A DNA stretch of 64,000 nt from Polyangiaceae bacterium (lineage in GTDB: Bacteria > Myxococcota_A > Polyangia > Polyangiales > Polyangiaceae), in contig JAXLYP010000017.1 of assembly GCA_046351395.1 (NCBI GenBank), positions 1,508 through 65,507 of the forward strand. Reading direction: 5' to 3'. Within the stretch, counting starts at the first letter, position 1. Each line of letters begins with the position of its first letter. The notes under the pieces were generated by a model that had not been told where the DNA came from, ran no database searches, and worked only from the letters and a program-made list of their open reading frames with translations. The position numbers were made by a program, and so were the translations under genes. Positions 45,564 to 55,469 of this stretch are shown here, in pieces.

Positions 45564-47009
45564 TCAGCGGGGGATCTCGGGGAGGTGCTCGTCTCGAACG
45601 ATCACCTCGTCCCCGACGCGATACGGCAGATCCTGTCGGTACTCGGGGCCCCACGCGGCCTGTCCGGCGGTGTTCCACGCGTCGATCGCGTTCTGAAGAT
45701 CGGTCTGCGCGTTCGGGGTCAGTCCCGAGGCTCCGCTGTCGAGCGCCGCCTGGAGACTCGCGATGTTCTCGGCCATCTGCGCGACGGTCATGTCCGTGAG
45801 CCGGCCATCCTGGAACGATCCCCCTCGCTCGGCCCCGAGGCTCATGTTCGCGTCGCCGCCGACGGCCGCGAGGATGCTGTCGTACGCGTTGCGCACGCCT
45901 CCTGGGAGATCCGAGTACTTCTCCCCGTGCCGCGCGAGCTGGCTGTAGTCCGCCTCCGTGTGGAGCAGGTTGATGAGGTGGGCGATGCTCTCCTTCACGT
46001 CGGCGACGCGCACGGGCGCGCGCGCCTCGTCCGCGAGGCCGCCCATGAAGTTGTACGGGTTCACGCGCGTGCCCTCGCTCTCCATCTTGATGTAGAGCAT
46101 CTCGGAGCCCTGACGCGTGAGCCCCTGATAGAGGAGCGTCCGCATCCCGAAGGGCAGGTGTCGGTCGAGGCCCCTGCCATGTTTGTCGAAGTCGATGCCT
46201 CGGCCCGTGTGGCCGGCGCCCTGCTGGTCGGGCTTGAGGTGCGACGAGGGCCGCATGTAGACGGCGTTCGACGTGGAGTTCAGCCACCCGCGGACGCGCC
46301 CGCCCGGGTCGGGGATCGTCATCGCGCCTCGGTACCAGGGCTTGCCCGCCGCTTTGTCGCTCTGCGCGCGCAGGTAGAACATCAGGTCCGAGACCGTGTC
46401 CTTCGTCGCTTGCGGCGGTGTCCCGTTCGGGTCGCGAAGCTGTGACATGATGTCGCGACCGCGGTCGATCTTCGCCGCGAGGTCGCGGATGCGCTGCGGG
46501 CGATCGCCGAGCGGGAGCTTGCTCCAGCCGGGCATCGTCTGGTTGTTGAGCTCGTCGCCGCTCGGAAGGACGATCGGCCGCTGTCGCTGGATGGTGTCGA
46601 GCAGCGCGGCGAGCGCTTCGTTCTGCTTCGCCCACTGCGCTCCCGCGTTCGACGCGTTCGGGTCGATCGGCGCGGAGGCGATCTGATCGAGCGAGCTCAG
46701 GAACGCCGAGAGATCTTCGTTGGGTTTGTCCCCGCGCCAGTCCTCGAGCTCGTTGACGATCGCGTTCCGGAGCTGCGCCGCCTTCGCGAGCTCCTTCGGT
46801 GCGGACGGGCGGATCGCGTGACACGCGAACCCGAGGACGCGCGACATGAAGCTCGGGTGCGCAGCCCCGGACGCGCTCGATCCGCTCGCGGCGCCGGCCG
46901 CGGTGCCGGCGACGTTACCCCCGCTCCCGTGAGAGCCGCTGTTGCTGCTGCTCCCCAGGCTCGACGTGTTGCTCGAGCCGGACGTGCCTGGTCCGCCGCC
47001 GTGCGCCAT
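45564..47009 (-). CDS. Hypothetical protein with Gly/Ser-rich N-terminus
   Basis: 481 aa. No signal peptide. Ordinary mixed composition after the G/S-rich first 50 aa. No known motif recognised. Confidence 0.5.
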   Translation of the reverse strand: MAHGGGPGTSGSSNTSSLGSSSNSGSHGSGGNVAGTAAGAASGSSASGAAHPSFMSRVLGFACHAIRPSAPKELAKAAQLRNAIVNELEDWRGDKPNEDLSAFLSSLDQIASAPIDPNASNAGAQWAKQNEALAALLDTIQRQRPIVLPSGDELNNQTMPGWSKLPLGDRPQRIRDLAAKIDRGRDIMSQLRDPNGTPPQATKDTVSDLMFYLRAQSDKAAGKPWYRGAMTIPDPGGRVRGWLNSTSNAVYMRPSSHLKPDQQGAGHTGRGIDFDKHGRGLDRHLPFGMRTLLYQGLTRQGSEMLYIKMESEGTRVNPYNFMGGLADEARAPVRVADVKESIAHLINLLHTEADYSQLARHGEKYSDLPGGVRNAYDSILAAVGGDANMSLGAERGGSFQDGRLTDMTVAQMAENIASLQAALDSGASGLTPNAQTDLQNAIDAWNTAGQAAWGPEYRQDLPYRVGDEVIVRDEHLPEIPR

Positions 47010-47086
47010 CGTCGGAGTCTATCAGGGGCTCGCGCGCGGCCGAGCGCGCCTCGACCCGAATGCGCCAGTTCTTTCCGGACGCGCCC

Positions 47087-48484
47087 TCAGGAGCCGAAGA
47101 TCCCGTCGACCCAGCGGTTCGCGAGCTTCCGCCCTGGATCGTACGCGCGCATGCGCGCGCCGAAGTCCGCGAACCTCGGGTACTGCGACGCGAGGTAGGT
47201 CGGATCGAACCGCGCCTCCTTCCCCCAGTGCGGCCGGCCCCCGTGCTCCCGCGCGAACGCTTCGAACCGCCGGAGCTGGTCGTCCCAGCGGGGCTCGCTG
47301 TCGATGTTGTAGAGCGACAGCCAGATCGTGTCGCGCCCGTGCGCGGGGCTCATCCAGAAGTCGTCCCCGCGTGTGAAGCGGATCTCCTGGATGAAGTTGA
47401 ACGTGTGCCCGCTCTCGAGGAGGAGCCTGCGGTAGCCGCGCAGCAACGCCTTCGCGCCGGCGAGATCGAACGCCCACTCGGCCTCCCGGTGGACCGGCGG
47501 CGATGGCGTGAGGAACCCGACGTGGCTCTGGCACACGCGCTCGAATCGCTTGCCGACCTGTGCGCCCAGCAGGCGGTTCACCGCCGGCACGAGGCGCCTT
47601 CGATCCAGCCGCTCGAGCGCGAGGAGGCTCCGGTACACCGCGACGGAGAGGAACTCGTCCTTGAACGCGCGCAGCACGCGAGACGCGAGATCGCCGTCGT
47701 CCCGGGGCGCGTTCGTCCGATCGTGGGTGAAGACGATCGCGGTGTCCCCGGGGACGAGCCACCAGAGCTTGAAGTGATCGAACCCGTGGACGAAGGCGTC
47801 GAGGTTCTCGATGACCTCGTCGAACGACGCCGTGTCGGTGATCGCGTGCATCTGGAACGCGGGGACGACGGACAGCGTGATCTCGTGGACGACGCCGAAA
47901 CACCCCAGGCCGACGGCGATCGCGTCGAAGTCGGGGTGCCCGCGATCCACGCGTACGACGTCCCCGCGCCCGTCGACGAGCGAGAGCGACTGCACCTGAT
48001 CGGCGAGGCACCGGAACGCGATCCCCGAGCCGTGCGTTCCGGTGGAGATGGCGCCGGCGAGGGACTGCTCGGCGATCGATCCCAGGTTCGCGAGCGCGAG
48101 GCCGCGGCGGTCGAGCGCCGCGATGAGCTCCTTCAGCTTGATGCCCGCTTGGACCGTCGCGAGGCGCGCGGATGGATCGATCGCGACGACCTCCCGCATC
48201 CCGTCGAGCGAGACGACCGTGTCCTCCGTCACGACGCCCAGCGACCAGGAGTGTGCGCTCCCCACCGCACGCAGTCGGTTCGCGCGACGGACGATCGCCT
48301 GCAGCTCGTCCACCGACCGCGGTAGCTCCACGGCGCGAGGTCGAAAGCGCCACGTTCGACCGTAGTTTCGAATGGCTCGCCCTTCACCCACGGAGAGAGC
48401 ATACGCGCACCCCGGTCCGCGATCGGCGCGCACCGTGCGCGAGGCCGTCCCGGGTCGCGTGGCGTCGAAGTCCGCGCGTACCAT
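47087..48484 (-). CDS. FAD-binding oxidoreductase of the D-arabinono-1,4-lactone / L-gulonolactone oxidase family
   Basis: ATG 48484 (MVRADFDATRPG...). FAD_binding_4-like N-terminal half (RPRAVELPRSVDELQAIVRRANRLRAVGSAHSW..., ATVQAGIKLKELIAALDRRGLALANLGSIAEQSLAGAISTGTHGSG). C-terminal ALO domain with HWGK (GGRPHWGKE). The upstream part of ORF 47087..48733 is junk. Confidence 0.75.
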   Translation of the reverse strand: MVRADFDATRPGTASRTVRADRGPGCAYALSVGEGRAIRNYGRTWRFRPRAVELPRSVDELQAIVRRANRLRAVGSAHSWSLGVVTEDTVVSLDGMREVVAIDPSARLATVQAGIKLKELIAALDRRGLALANLGSIAEQSLAGAISTGTHGSGIAFRCLADQVQSLSLVDGRGDVVRVDRGHPDFDAIAVGLGCFGVVHEITLSVVPAFQMHAITDTASFDEVIENLDAFVHGFDHFKLWWLVPGDTAIVFTHDRTNAPRDDGDLASRVLRAFKDEFLSVAVYRSLLALERLDRRRLVPAVNRLLGAQVGKRFERVCQSHVGFLTPSPPVHREAEWAFDLAGAKALLRGYRRLLLESGHTFNFIQEIRFTRGDDFWMSPAHGRDTIWLSLYNIDSEPRWDDQLRRFEAFAREHGGRPHWGKEARFDPTYLASQYPRFADFGARMRAYDPGRKLANRWVDGIFGS

Positions 48485-48491
48485 CGACCCA

Positions 48492-49895
48492 ATGAGAACG
48501 CCCCCCGCGTCGGTCGCCCTCGCCCTCGCGCTCGCCTGCGGCTGCGGGGATGGAGCCTCGAAGGCGCCGCACCCCGCGTCGTCATCCGCGTCGCCGCGCA
48601 GCGCGAAGGGGCGACCCGGCCCGTCGGCGAGGACGACCGCGAGCGCGGCGCAGCCGGCCCCCGTCGAACGAACGCTGGAGCTCCTGCAAACCACGAAGGT
48701 CGAGCAGCTCCTCGGCGATTTCGACCGACACACGAAGAAGCCGACCAGCGGCCGAACGCTGGAGCGGTTCGGCGTCGCAGGCGCAGATCTCGGCTACCCG
48801 TTCGAGGTCGACGGCAAGCTCGTGTTCCTGTTCGGCGACACCATCGGCACCGAAGCGCTGAAGGGGCAGGACGCGATGGGGCGCACCGACGCGCGGGATC
48901 CCGAGAGCGGGATCGCTCTCGACTTCTACACGCGTGAGGATGGCAAGTTCCTCCCGTTCCGCCCCGTCGACAAGAGCGGCAGGAAGGAGCTTCTGCTCGG
49001 GTTCGAGGTTCCGGTCGGGGGCATTCAGACGCCGCGGGGCACGTTCGTCGCGTACAAGAACAACCACACGGGGGACGAAGACGGTTCGAAGGACGGCGGC
49101 GCGCGACCCGCAGAGACCGACGTGACGCTTCTCGCGTCGTTCGACCCGGCGACGGGGGGCGCGACTTCGCACTGCGAGCTCTCGCGCCAGCCGCTCGGGC
49201 GCTTCGAGAAGATCTGGTTCCACTCCGTCGACGTCCCCGATGACGCGTCGCCCGACGCCGAGCACCGCGGGCCCTGGATCGCGATGTACGGCACGGGCCC
49301 GATCCGGCGGTCTCCCGTCTACCTCGCGCTCGTAACGCCGGACGGCCTCGCGGCGTGCTCCGGCGTTCGCTACTTCACGGGTCTCGACGGCGGGAAACCG
49401 CGGTGGTCCGAGCGCGAGGCGGACGCGTCGCCTCTGTTCACCGAGGCGGATCCGCGTATCGGCGAGGTCTCCGTCGGTTGGATCGCGGGCGCCGAGCGTT
49501 GGTTGATGCTCTACGACGGGCGACGACCGAGCGCCGAGGGGGCCGTATCACCGCGCGCCGACGCGGCGAGCGGGCCGAAGGCGATCCTCGCGCGCGAGGC
49601 GACCACGCCGTGGGGGCCCTGGTCGGCGCCGATCGTCGTCTTCGATCCGAACGACGGCGGCTTCGGTGTGTTCATCCATGATCCGTCGAAGAGCCCGCCG
49701 GACGGCCAAGCCGGCCCGATGATCGGAAAGGACAAGGACCACCCGGAGACCGCGAGGGGCGGAGCGTATGCGCCTTTCCTGGTCGAGCGCTGGACCCGCG
49801 CGACCGGGGCCGGAGTGCAGATCTACTTCACGCTGTCCGTCTGGAACCCGTACGTCGTCGAGCTGATGCGCGCGACGTTCCGAGTTGTTCGGTGA
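48492..49895 (+). CDS. Lipoprotein, DUF4185-like (tentative)
   Basis: ATG 48492 gives MRTPPASVALALALACGCGDG (lipobox). Conserved-looking core FGVAGADLGYPFEVDGKLVFLFGDT..., which I associate with DUF4185 from memory. The family assignment is not verified. Confidence 0.6.
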   Translation: MRTPPASVALALALACGCGDGASKAPHPASSSASPRSAKGRPGPSARTTASAAQPAPVERTLELLQTTKVEQLLGDFDRHTKKPTSGRTLERFGVAGADLGYPFEVDGKLVFLFGDTIGTEALKGQDAMGRTDARDPESGIALDFYTREDGKFLPFRPVDKSGRKELLLGFEVPVGGIQTPRGTFVAYKNNHTGDEDGSKDGGARPAETDVTLLASFDPATGGATSHCELSRQPLGRFEKIWFHSVDVPDDASPDAEHRGPWIAMYGTGPIRRSPVYLALVTPDGLAACSGVRYFTGLDGGKPRWSEREADASPLFTEADPRIGEVSVGWIAGAERWLMLYDGRRPSAEGAVSPRADAASGPKAILAREATTPWGPWSAPIVVFDPNDGGFGVFIHDPSKSPPDGQAGPMIGKDKDHPETARGGAYAPFLVERWTRATGAGVQIYFTLSVWNPYVVELMRATFRVVR

Positions 49896-49922
49896 GGCCG
49901 TGCCCTCTGTCGGCGCCATCCC

Positions 49923-51308
49923 TCAATTGGGACAGGCGGTCCCGTTGTCGACGGAGAAGCGGATCACGTACGCCTTCGAACCGCTGAACGTGCTCGAGCC
50001 GCCCACGATGAGCCCGCCGTCGCAGCCCGGTCGAAACGCGGCGTCGTTCAGGCGGTCCTGCGAGATCGCGTTGTAGGGAGCCAGGCTGAAGTTGGGAATC
50101 GAGACGTCGGTGATGTCGGCCTGTTGGAAGAGGTCGTCGCGGAACTCGTAGATCTGGCCGACGGGCGGGTTGCCCCCGTACCCCCCGAGCACGAGCGCGC
50201 GCGCGCCGTCCGTCGAGAACGCGACCTGGAAGATCCCGGGGAACGTCGGGTTCGAGAAGCCCGTGCTCCAGTTGCCGAGTTCGAAGCGATAGATGCGCTG
50301 CCCCGACCAGCCGATCGCGAGCGCGTAGTCGCCCTGCGGACGCGCCGCGATGCGCGACGTGTTGCCCGCGTTCATCGAGTAGTTCTGGAAGAACCCGCTC
50401 GCGTCGAGGTGGAAGAGCGAGACCCCGTTCACGCCGCAAGTGACAGCGACCGCGGGCCCGCCGAACGCGTCGGTCGCCCAGCCGAGATCCTGACAGCCCG
50501 CGCTCGTCGCCTGCGCCTTCAGGTCGCTCGTCCCCGTCGTGAGATCGAACTTCCAGAGATACGCGATGTAGGAGCCGGCGTTCGGCTTGCTCCCGAGGAG
50601 CCGCGCGGTCGCGCCGTCGTGGGACCACTCGATGCCCTCGTAGGTCCCGCCCGCGAACGTGACGGTCGACATCTGCGTGAGCTGGGACGTCGCGTCGTCC
50701 CACACGTAGACGCGACCCTCCACGGGGGAGCTCACGTTGCCGAGGAGCACCGCCTTCGAGCCGTCCGGGCTGAACGTGATCGCGCGCCAGGTGACGTTGT
50801 TCGCCGTGGTGCCGACGCTCGTGAGCGAATGGGTCACCGGATCGTACCGGTGGACGGAGTTCGTGGCGTTCAGGACGAGCGCGTAGTTCCCGCTCGGGTG
50901 CCACGCGACCGAGGGCGGGTTCACGAGGCCGGGCGCGGGCACTGCCGTGTACGTGTAGGACCCGATGTCGACCGGACCGCCGCCGGTCCCGCTGCTGCTC
51001 GAGCTCGAGGCGGACGAGCTCGACGCGACCGAGCTCGTCGCGGTGCTCGAGGCCGAGGTCGACGCGCTCGTGGACGAGGCCATGCCCCCCGATCCCCCGG
51101 ATCCGCTCGCGGCGGTCGTCGACGCCGCGTCCGAGGACGACGCGTCCCCCGAGCTCGCTGTAGTCGACCCCTGAGACGAGGACCCCGTGACCGACGTGGT
51201 CGCTCCCGAGGACGTCGACCTCGACGACGCGCCGCCGACTCCGTCCTCGTTCCCCGCCGCGCAGGCGGCGAGGAGGACGATCGCACACCAGGAGAGCGGA
51301 GCTCGCAT
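49923..51308 (-). CDS. Lipoprotein with long Ser/Thr-rich linker and beta-propeller-like domain (hypothetical)
   Basis: ATG 51308 gives MRAPLSWCAIVLLAACAAG (lipobox). About 110 aa of Ser/Thr/Ala/Gly linker. Repeats of the WD/YVTN flavour (VAWHPSGNYALVLN, ITFSPDGSKAVLLG, IEWSHDGATARLLG, VAFSTDGARALVLG). Confidence 0.6.
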   Translation of the reverse strand: MRAPLSWCAIVLLAACAAGNEDGVGGASSRSTSSGATTSVTGSSSQGSTTASSGDASSSDAASTTAASGSGGSGGMASSTSASTSASSTATSSVASSSSASSSSSSGTGGGPVDIGSYTYTAVPAPGLVNPPSVAWHPSGNYALVLNATNSVHRYDPVTHSLTSVGTTANNVTWRAITFSPDGSKAVLLGNVSSPVEGRVYVWDDATSQLTQMSTVTFAGGTYEGIEWSHDGATARLLGSKPNAGSYIAYLWKFDLTTGTSDLKAQATSAGCQDLGWATDAFGGPAVAVTCGVNGVSLFHLDASGFFQNYSMNAGNTSRIAARPQGDYALAIGWSGQRIYRFELGNWSTGFSNPTFPGIFQVAFSTDGARALVLGGYGGNPPVGQIYEFRDDLFQQADITDVSIPNFSLAPYNAISQDRLNDAAFRPGCDGGLIVGGSSTFSGSKAYVIRFSVDNGTACPN

Positions 51309-51381
51309 CGACCTCACGGACGACGAGAACACGCGAGATCGCGCGAGAGATCAACCCCGAGCGAGGCGCGCACGACCCGCC

Positions 51382-53400
51382 TCAATCCGGGAATCGGGCG
51401 GCCGATGCGGCCTCGGCGACGCGATCGATCCACTCGCCCTCCGCGCGGCCGATCGGTGGGTTTCGATCGATGGCGGCGGGCAGCGCGCGGGCCTCGAGCC
51501 CGTTCCGATGCACCCGGATGAACGCGTCACGCACCTCGCCGACGCGGCCGTTCATCCCGTGGAAGAGCGCGTAGAGATCCGGGCCGACGGCGCGGCGCGG
51601 CCCTGGCCGCACCGTGAGCGTGTCGCCCGATCGAAGCTTCGCGACGAACCCGGCGACCTGGTGGTCGGGCGGATCCTCGTAGCTGTCGAGGCCCGATACA
51701 CCGCCCCGCGCGAGGAATGCGCCGAGCGTCTCGCTGCGATCCAGGTCTCGCACCCGGAGCGAGAGCCCGCGCGCGAGCGCCGCGTCTTCGATGGAGCCGA
51801 GCGTCGCCGTCCCGAGCGCGTGTGCGAGCAGCGATTCGTCGTCGAACGTCGTCTCGCGGGGCGCGGGCGCCGCCGCGAGCCTGCGCGGCGGCTCGCGCGG
51901 CACGAGGTTCCCCGGGTTCATGACGCCCGCGGGGTCGAGCACCCGCTGCATCGCGTGGACGATCGGCACGCCCAGGCCGAGCTCCACGCCCATGCGGGGC
52001 GCTTTGCTCCGGCCCACGCCATGGTGGTGCGAGAGCGTCCCTCCGCTCGCGAGGACGGCGTCCATCGCGTCCGCCCAGACCGCGTCGTACTTCGCCTCGG
52101 CCTCCTCGCGCGTCGGCGCGCTCCCGGCGAACGTGAAGTAGATGCTGCACCCGTCCGGGTAAGCGTGAGAGAAGTGCGCCATCACGAAGACGTGGCGCTT
52201 CATCGCGCGCCGAACCGCCTCGTACATCCCCTCGAGCTTCGACCACGGCGCCGCGACCTCCATCGTGTCGCTGAAGGCGCCGCTCATGAACACGGGCGCC
52301 TGCCGGTAGCTCACCGAGTAGCGGTGCTCGAACCAATGCTTCGCGGGGCTCTCCCCGAGATCCTCTCCGCGGTGGCGCTCCGCGACGAGGCGCGCGCGCG
52401 AGAGATCCGCTCGCCCTTGCTCACGCGTGCCCTCGAACACGAGGACGAGCGTCGTGCCGCCGAAGAGCCGATCGCCGCCGCGCTCCACGACCTCGTTGTG
52501 GACGCTCGGCGCGCGCAGCAGCGTGCGGAGCGCGAGCTGCTTCGCGTCGGCGGCGAACCCGCTGCGGCGCTTCGACGCGGGATCCGCCCGCTTCTCCTTC
52601 GACCCGGTGACGCGGCCGCGCTTCGCCATCCACGAGTCGAACGGATCGTAGAGCCGGGAGACCGCGGGTCGGAGGCCCGATTGGAAGAGGTCTCGGATCG
52701 CGTCGCACCCCGCGCGCACCGTCGGGAACGAGAAAGCGACGAACGTCCGGCTCTCCGGCGCGGCGTGGATGCGGAGGCGAGCCGCCGTGATCACGCCCAA
52801 GATCCCCTCGCTCCCCGTGAGGATGGGCGTGAGATCCGGCCCCGAGAGGCGGCGCTTGAAGCGGACGATCTCGCCTCGCCCGACGACGCACTCGAGATCC
52901 ACGACCATGTCCTCGATCTTCCCGTAGAGGCCCGAGCACTGGCCCGCGCTGCGCGCGGCGACCCAGCCGCCGACGGTGGAGCACAGGATGGACGAGGGGA
53001 AGTGTCCGAGCGTGTGTCCGCGCGCGACGAGATCCTCCTCGAGGCGGATGCCGTTCGCGCCGGCCTCCACGTCGAGCACGTCCCCCTCGATGGCGCGGAT
53101 CGCCTCGAGCTTCTTGAGGTCGAGCACGACGGTGCGCGGATCCGGCAGCGTGCCGCCGCACACTCCCGACCCAGCGCCGAAGGGCGCGACGGAGAAGCCC
53201 TCGCGCGCGCACACGCCGACGATCGCGGCGACGTCCTCGGTCGTCCGGGGCCACACGACGAGCGCGGGCTTGTGCTCCGCGATCGCTCCATCGCGCACCG
53301 CGATGTGGTGCCTCGGCCACAGATCGCGCGCGTACGTGACCCGATCGATCTCTCGGGTGCTCGTCTGAAACCCGGCGAACGCGGACTCGATCCCGCTCAC
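51382..53400 (-). CDS. FAD-linked oxidase (GlcD / D-lactate dehydrogenase / alkyl-DHAP synthase superfamily) with about 200-aa C-terminal extension
   Basis: GTG 53400 overlaps the TGA stop of the upstream methyltransferase (ACGTGAGCGGG). FAD_binding_4 features (PALVVWPRTTEDVAAIVGVCAREGFSVAPFGAGSG, GANGIRLEEDLVARGHTLGHFPSS). C-terminal FAD-oxidase_C region (SHHHGVGRSKAPRM). 673 aa. Confidence 0.75.
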   Translation of the reverse strand: MSGIESAFAGFQTSTREIDRVTYARDLWPRHHIAVRDGAIAEHKPALVVWPRTTEDVAAIVGVCAREGFSVAPFGAGSGVCGGTLPDPRTVVLDLKKLEAIRAIEGDVLDVEAGANGIRLEEDLVARGHTLGHFPSSILCSTVGGWVAARSAGQCSGLYGKIEDMVVDLECVVGRGEIVRFKRRLSGPDLTPILTGSEGILGVITAARLRIHAAPESRTFVAFSFPTVRAGCDAIRDLFQSGLRPAVSRLYDPFDSWMAKRGRVTGSKEKRADPASKRRSGFAADAKQLALRTLLRAPSVHNEVVERGGDRLFGGTTLVLVFEGTREQGRADLSRARLVAERHRGEDLGESPAKHWFEHRYSVSYRQAPVFMSGAFSDTMEVAAPWSKLEGMYEAVRRAMKRHVFVMAHFSHAYPDGCSIYFTFAGSAPTREEAEAKYDAVWADAMDAVLASGGTLSHHHGVGRSKAPRMGVELGLGVPIVHAMQRVLDPAGVMNPGNLVPREPPRRLAAAPAPRETTFDDESLLAHALGTATLGSIEDAALARGLSLRVRDLDRSETLGAFLARGGVSGLDSYEDPPDHQVAGFVAKLRSGDTLTVRPGPRRAVGPDLYALFHGMNGRVGEVRDAFIRVHRNGLEARALPAAIDRNPPIGRAEGEWIDRVAEAASAARFPD

Positions 53401-55469
53401 GTCCGCTCGGCCAGGATGATCAGGCGCGGCGACTCGGTGCCGAAGAAGATGCCCGGGTGCGCGACGAGCCCCGTGACCTCGACGACGCGGAACCCGACCT
53501 CGCGCAGCATTCGGCCGAGCGCATCGAGCGAGTAGAGGCGCAGCGAATACTCGACCTCGCGGGAGTGACCGTCCTCGAACATCGCCGTGCGCTTCACCTT
53601 CAACCGGCTCGTGAGGAAGTCGACCTGCATCTCGTCCATGCAAGTGCAGCGATCCCCCTCGAACCATACGAGGCTCGGGGATCGCGGCGCGATGTAGTCG
53701 CGGTTCGCGACGTCGATCAGCAGGTTGCCGCCTTGCCGGAGCGCGCGGTGGAGCCGCTTGAGGACGGCGAGGTTCACATCGTCCTCGAAGTACCCGAAGC
53801 TCGTCGCCCAGCAGTACGCGCCGTCGAAGTTCTCTTCGAAGTTCAGCTCGCGCATGTCGGACCGCATGAAGCTCGGCTTCGCCTCCATCGCGCCTTCGAG
53901 CGCGCGCACGCGGAGGTTCTCGTGGGCCAACGCGAGGGCCACGGGCGACAGATCCAGCCCGACGACGTTGTAGCCCCGGCTCGCGAGCTCGATCGCCATC
54001 TCGCCCCGACCGCACGCGAGGTCCAGGATCACGCCCTGCTTCTCGACGCCCAGACTCTCTTCGACGAAATCGACCTCGCGCCGCACGTGCTCGTCCGGCA
54101 GGACGTCCATCGTCTTGATGTAGTCCTCGGAGAACAAATCCTCGAACCAAGGCTTCTGCTTCTTCGTCGCGATCTCGAGCGTCTCGGGGACGGCCTCTCT
54201 CGCCTTGCCCTCGCGGCCTTTGGGCGGTGGCGGCGGCGGCTTCTTCGCGGGGATCGGGACCGCGTCCGGCTCGATGTCTTCGAGGAGCTCCTGCGCGCCC
54301 TCGTCGCTCTCCGTGATCTGCAGGGCGGGCGCCTCCTCGACCACGACGTCCACCACGGGGTGCGCCTTTGCGGCCTCGGGCGCAGCCTCGAACTGCGGCA
54401 CCGCGGGCGCGCGCAACACCTCGGGCGGCGCCGGCGTCCAGCCCTCCTCGGGGATCGCGGGGGGGAGGAGATCGGTCTTCGTGGCGGAGGGGACGAACCT
54501 CCGCACGGTCTCCGCCTCCGCGCTGTCCGGGCCCGGTCCGCTCGACGGTGCCGACTGGGGCGGAACCTGCTGGCCGTAGGGCGTGTACACCCCCACGGAC
54601 GAGGCCGACGGCCACTCCGCGATCGCGCTCGTGATGGGCGGTGGCGGCTCCGACCCGACGTTGATGATGCGCATCGGCCGGAGCACACCGTCGTCCGGCG
54701 GGGCCGCTGCGATGCGGGGCTCGAGCACGTCGGTCGTGTCGTTGAGCTGCATCGGCACGATCCCCGGCTCCGCGTTGAACGGGAGCGCCGCGGGGTGCGC
54801 GCCCGTCTCCGCGAGATCGGAGTACGTGTCGCCCCCTTCCATCGGGTAGGCGGCGGGCGGGACTGGCGGCGGATCGAGCGGCTGCGTCGTCGAGCCGGCG
54901 CGCCGGGCCTCGGCGGTCTGCGGTGGCGGCGCGACGGGCGCCGTCTCGGCGCGGGTGATGACCTGCGGCAAGTTGCGGCGCTCGACGGGATCGTCAGGGA
55001 TCTTGACGGTTCGCCGGGAGCTCCGTTTCCGGCCGGTGTCGCGCAGCGCATCCTTCGGGGGTTCCGCCGCAGCGGGCTGCGTGAGCGCGGGAACGCGGGG
55101 GGCGGGGGGAATGATCGGCGTCGGTCCGCCGCCAGCGGGGCGGGACGAGCGCTGGCGCGGCAGCTGCGCGCGCGGGTCGTAGTCCACCGTCGGGGACTCA
55201 TCCACGCCGTCCTCGTCGGGATCGAGCACCATCGTCCGCTCGGGGTCGAACGCCTCGCCGCCGGCCGCTGCGGCCGCCTTGTTCGACGCGATCACGGCCT
55301 GGATCTCGTCCGCGGTCATGCGCGTCGTGGATCGGAACTGGCGGGCTCCCATCGGTCCTCCGTCGCCGACGGCGTCCCGAATCGTGGGCTCGGGCGGGGG
55401 CACGGACCGCGGGCGCTGGGGGACGGGGGGCGGCATCGACTTCGGTCGGGCGTTTTGCTCGTCGCTCAT
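53397..55469 (-). CDS. Class I SAM-dependent methyltransferase with about 390-aa Pro-rich disordered N-terminal region
   Basis: The C-terminal 250 aa carry methyltransferase motif I (VILDLACGRGEMAIELASRGYNVVGLDLS) and post-I/II motifs. The N-terminal region is Pro/Ala/Glu-rich (MPPPVPQRPRSVPPPEP...KKPPPPPPKGREG). Its ATG overlaps the psd stop. The antisense ORF is junk. Confidence 0.75.
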   Translation of the reverse strand: MSDEQNARPKSMPPPVPQRPRSVPPPEPTIRDAVGDGGPMGARQFRSTTRMTADEIQAVIASNKAAAAAGGEAFDPERTMVLDPDEDGVDESPTVDYDPRAQLPRQRSSRPAGGGPTPIIPPAPRVPALTQPAAAEPPKDALRDTGRKRSSRRTVKIPDDPVERRNLPQVITRAETAPVAPPPQTAEARRAGSTTQPLDPPPVPPAAYPMEGGDTYSDLAETGAHPAALPFNAEPGIVPMQLNDTTDVLEPRIAAAPPDDGVLRPMRIINVGSEPPPPITSAIAEWPSASSVGVYTPYGQQVPPQSAPSSGPGPDSAEAETVRRFVPSATKTDLLPPAIPEEGWTPAPPEVLRAPAVPQFEAAPEAAKAHPVVDVVVEEAPALQITESDEGAQELLEDIEPDAVPIPAKKPPPPPPKGREGKAREAVPETLEIATKKQKPWFEDLFSEDYIKTMDVLPDEHVRREVDFVEESLGVEKQGVILDLACGRGEMAIELASRGYNVVGLDLSPVALALAHENLRVRALEGAMEAKPSFMRSDMRELNFEENFDGAYCWATSFGYFEDDVNLAVLKRLHRALRQGGNLLIDVANRDYIAPRSPSLVWFEGDRCTCMDEMQVDFLTSRLKVKRTAMFEDGHSREVEYSLRLYSLDALGRMLREVGFRVVEVTGLVAHPGIFFGTESPRLIILAERT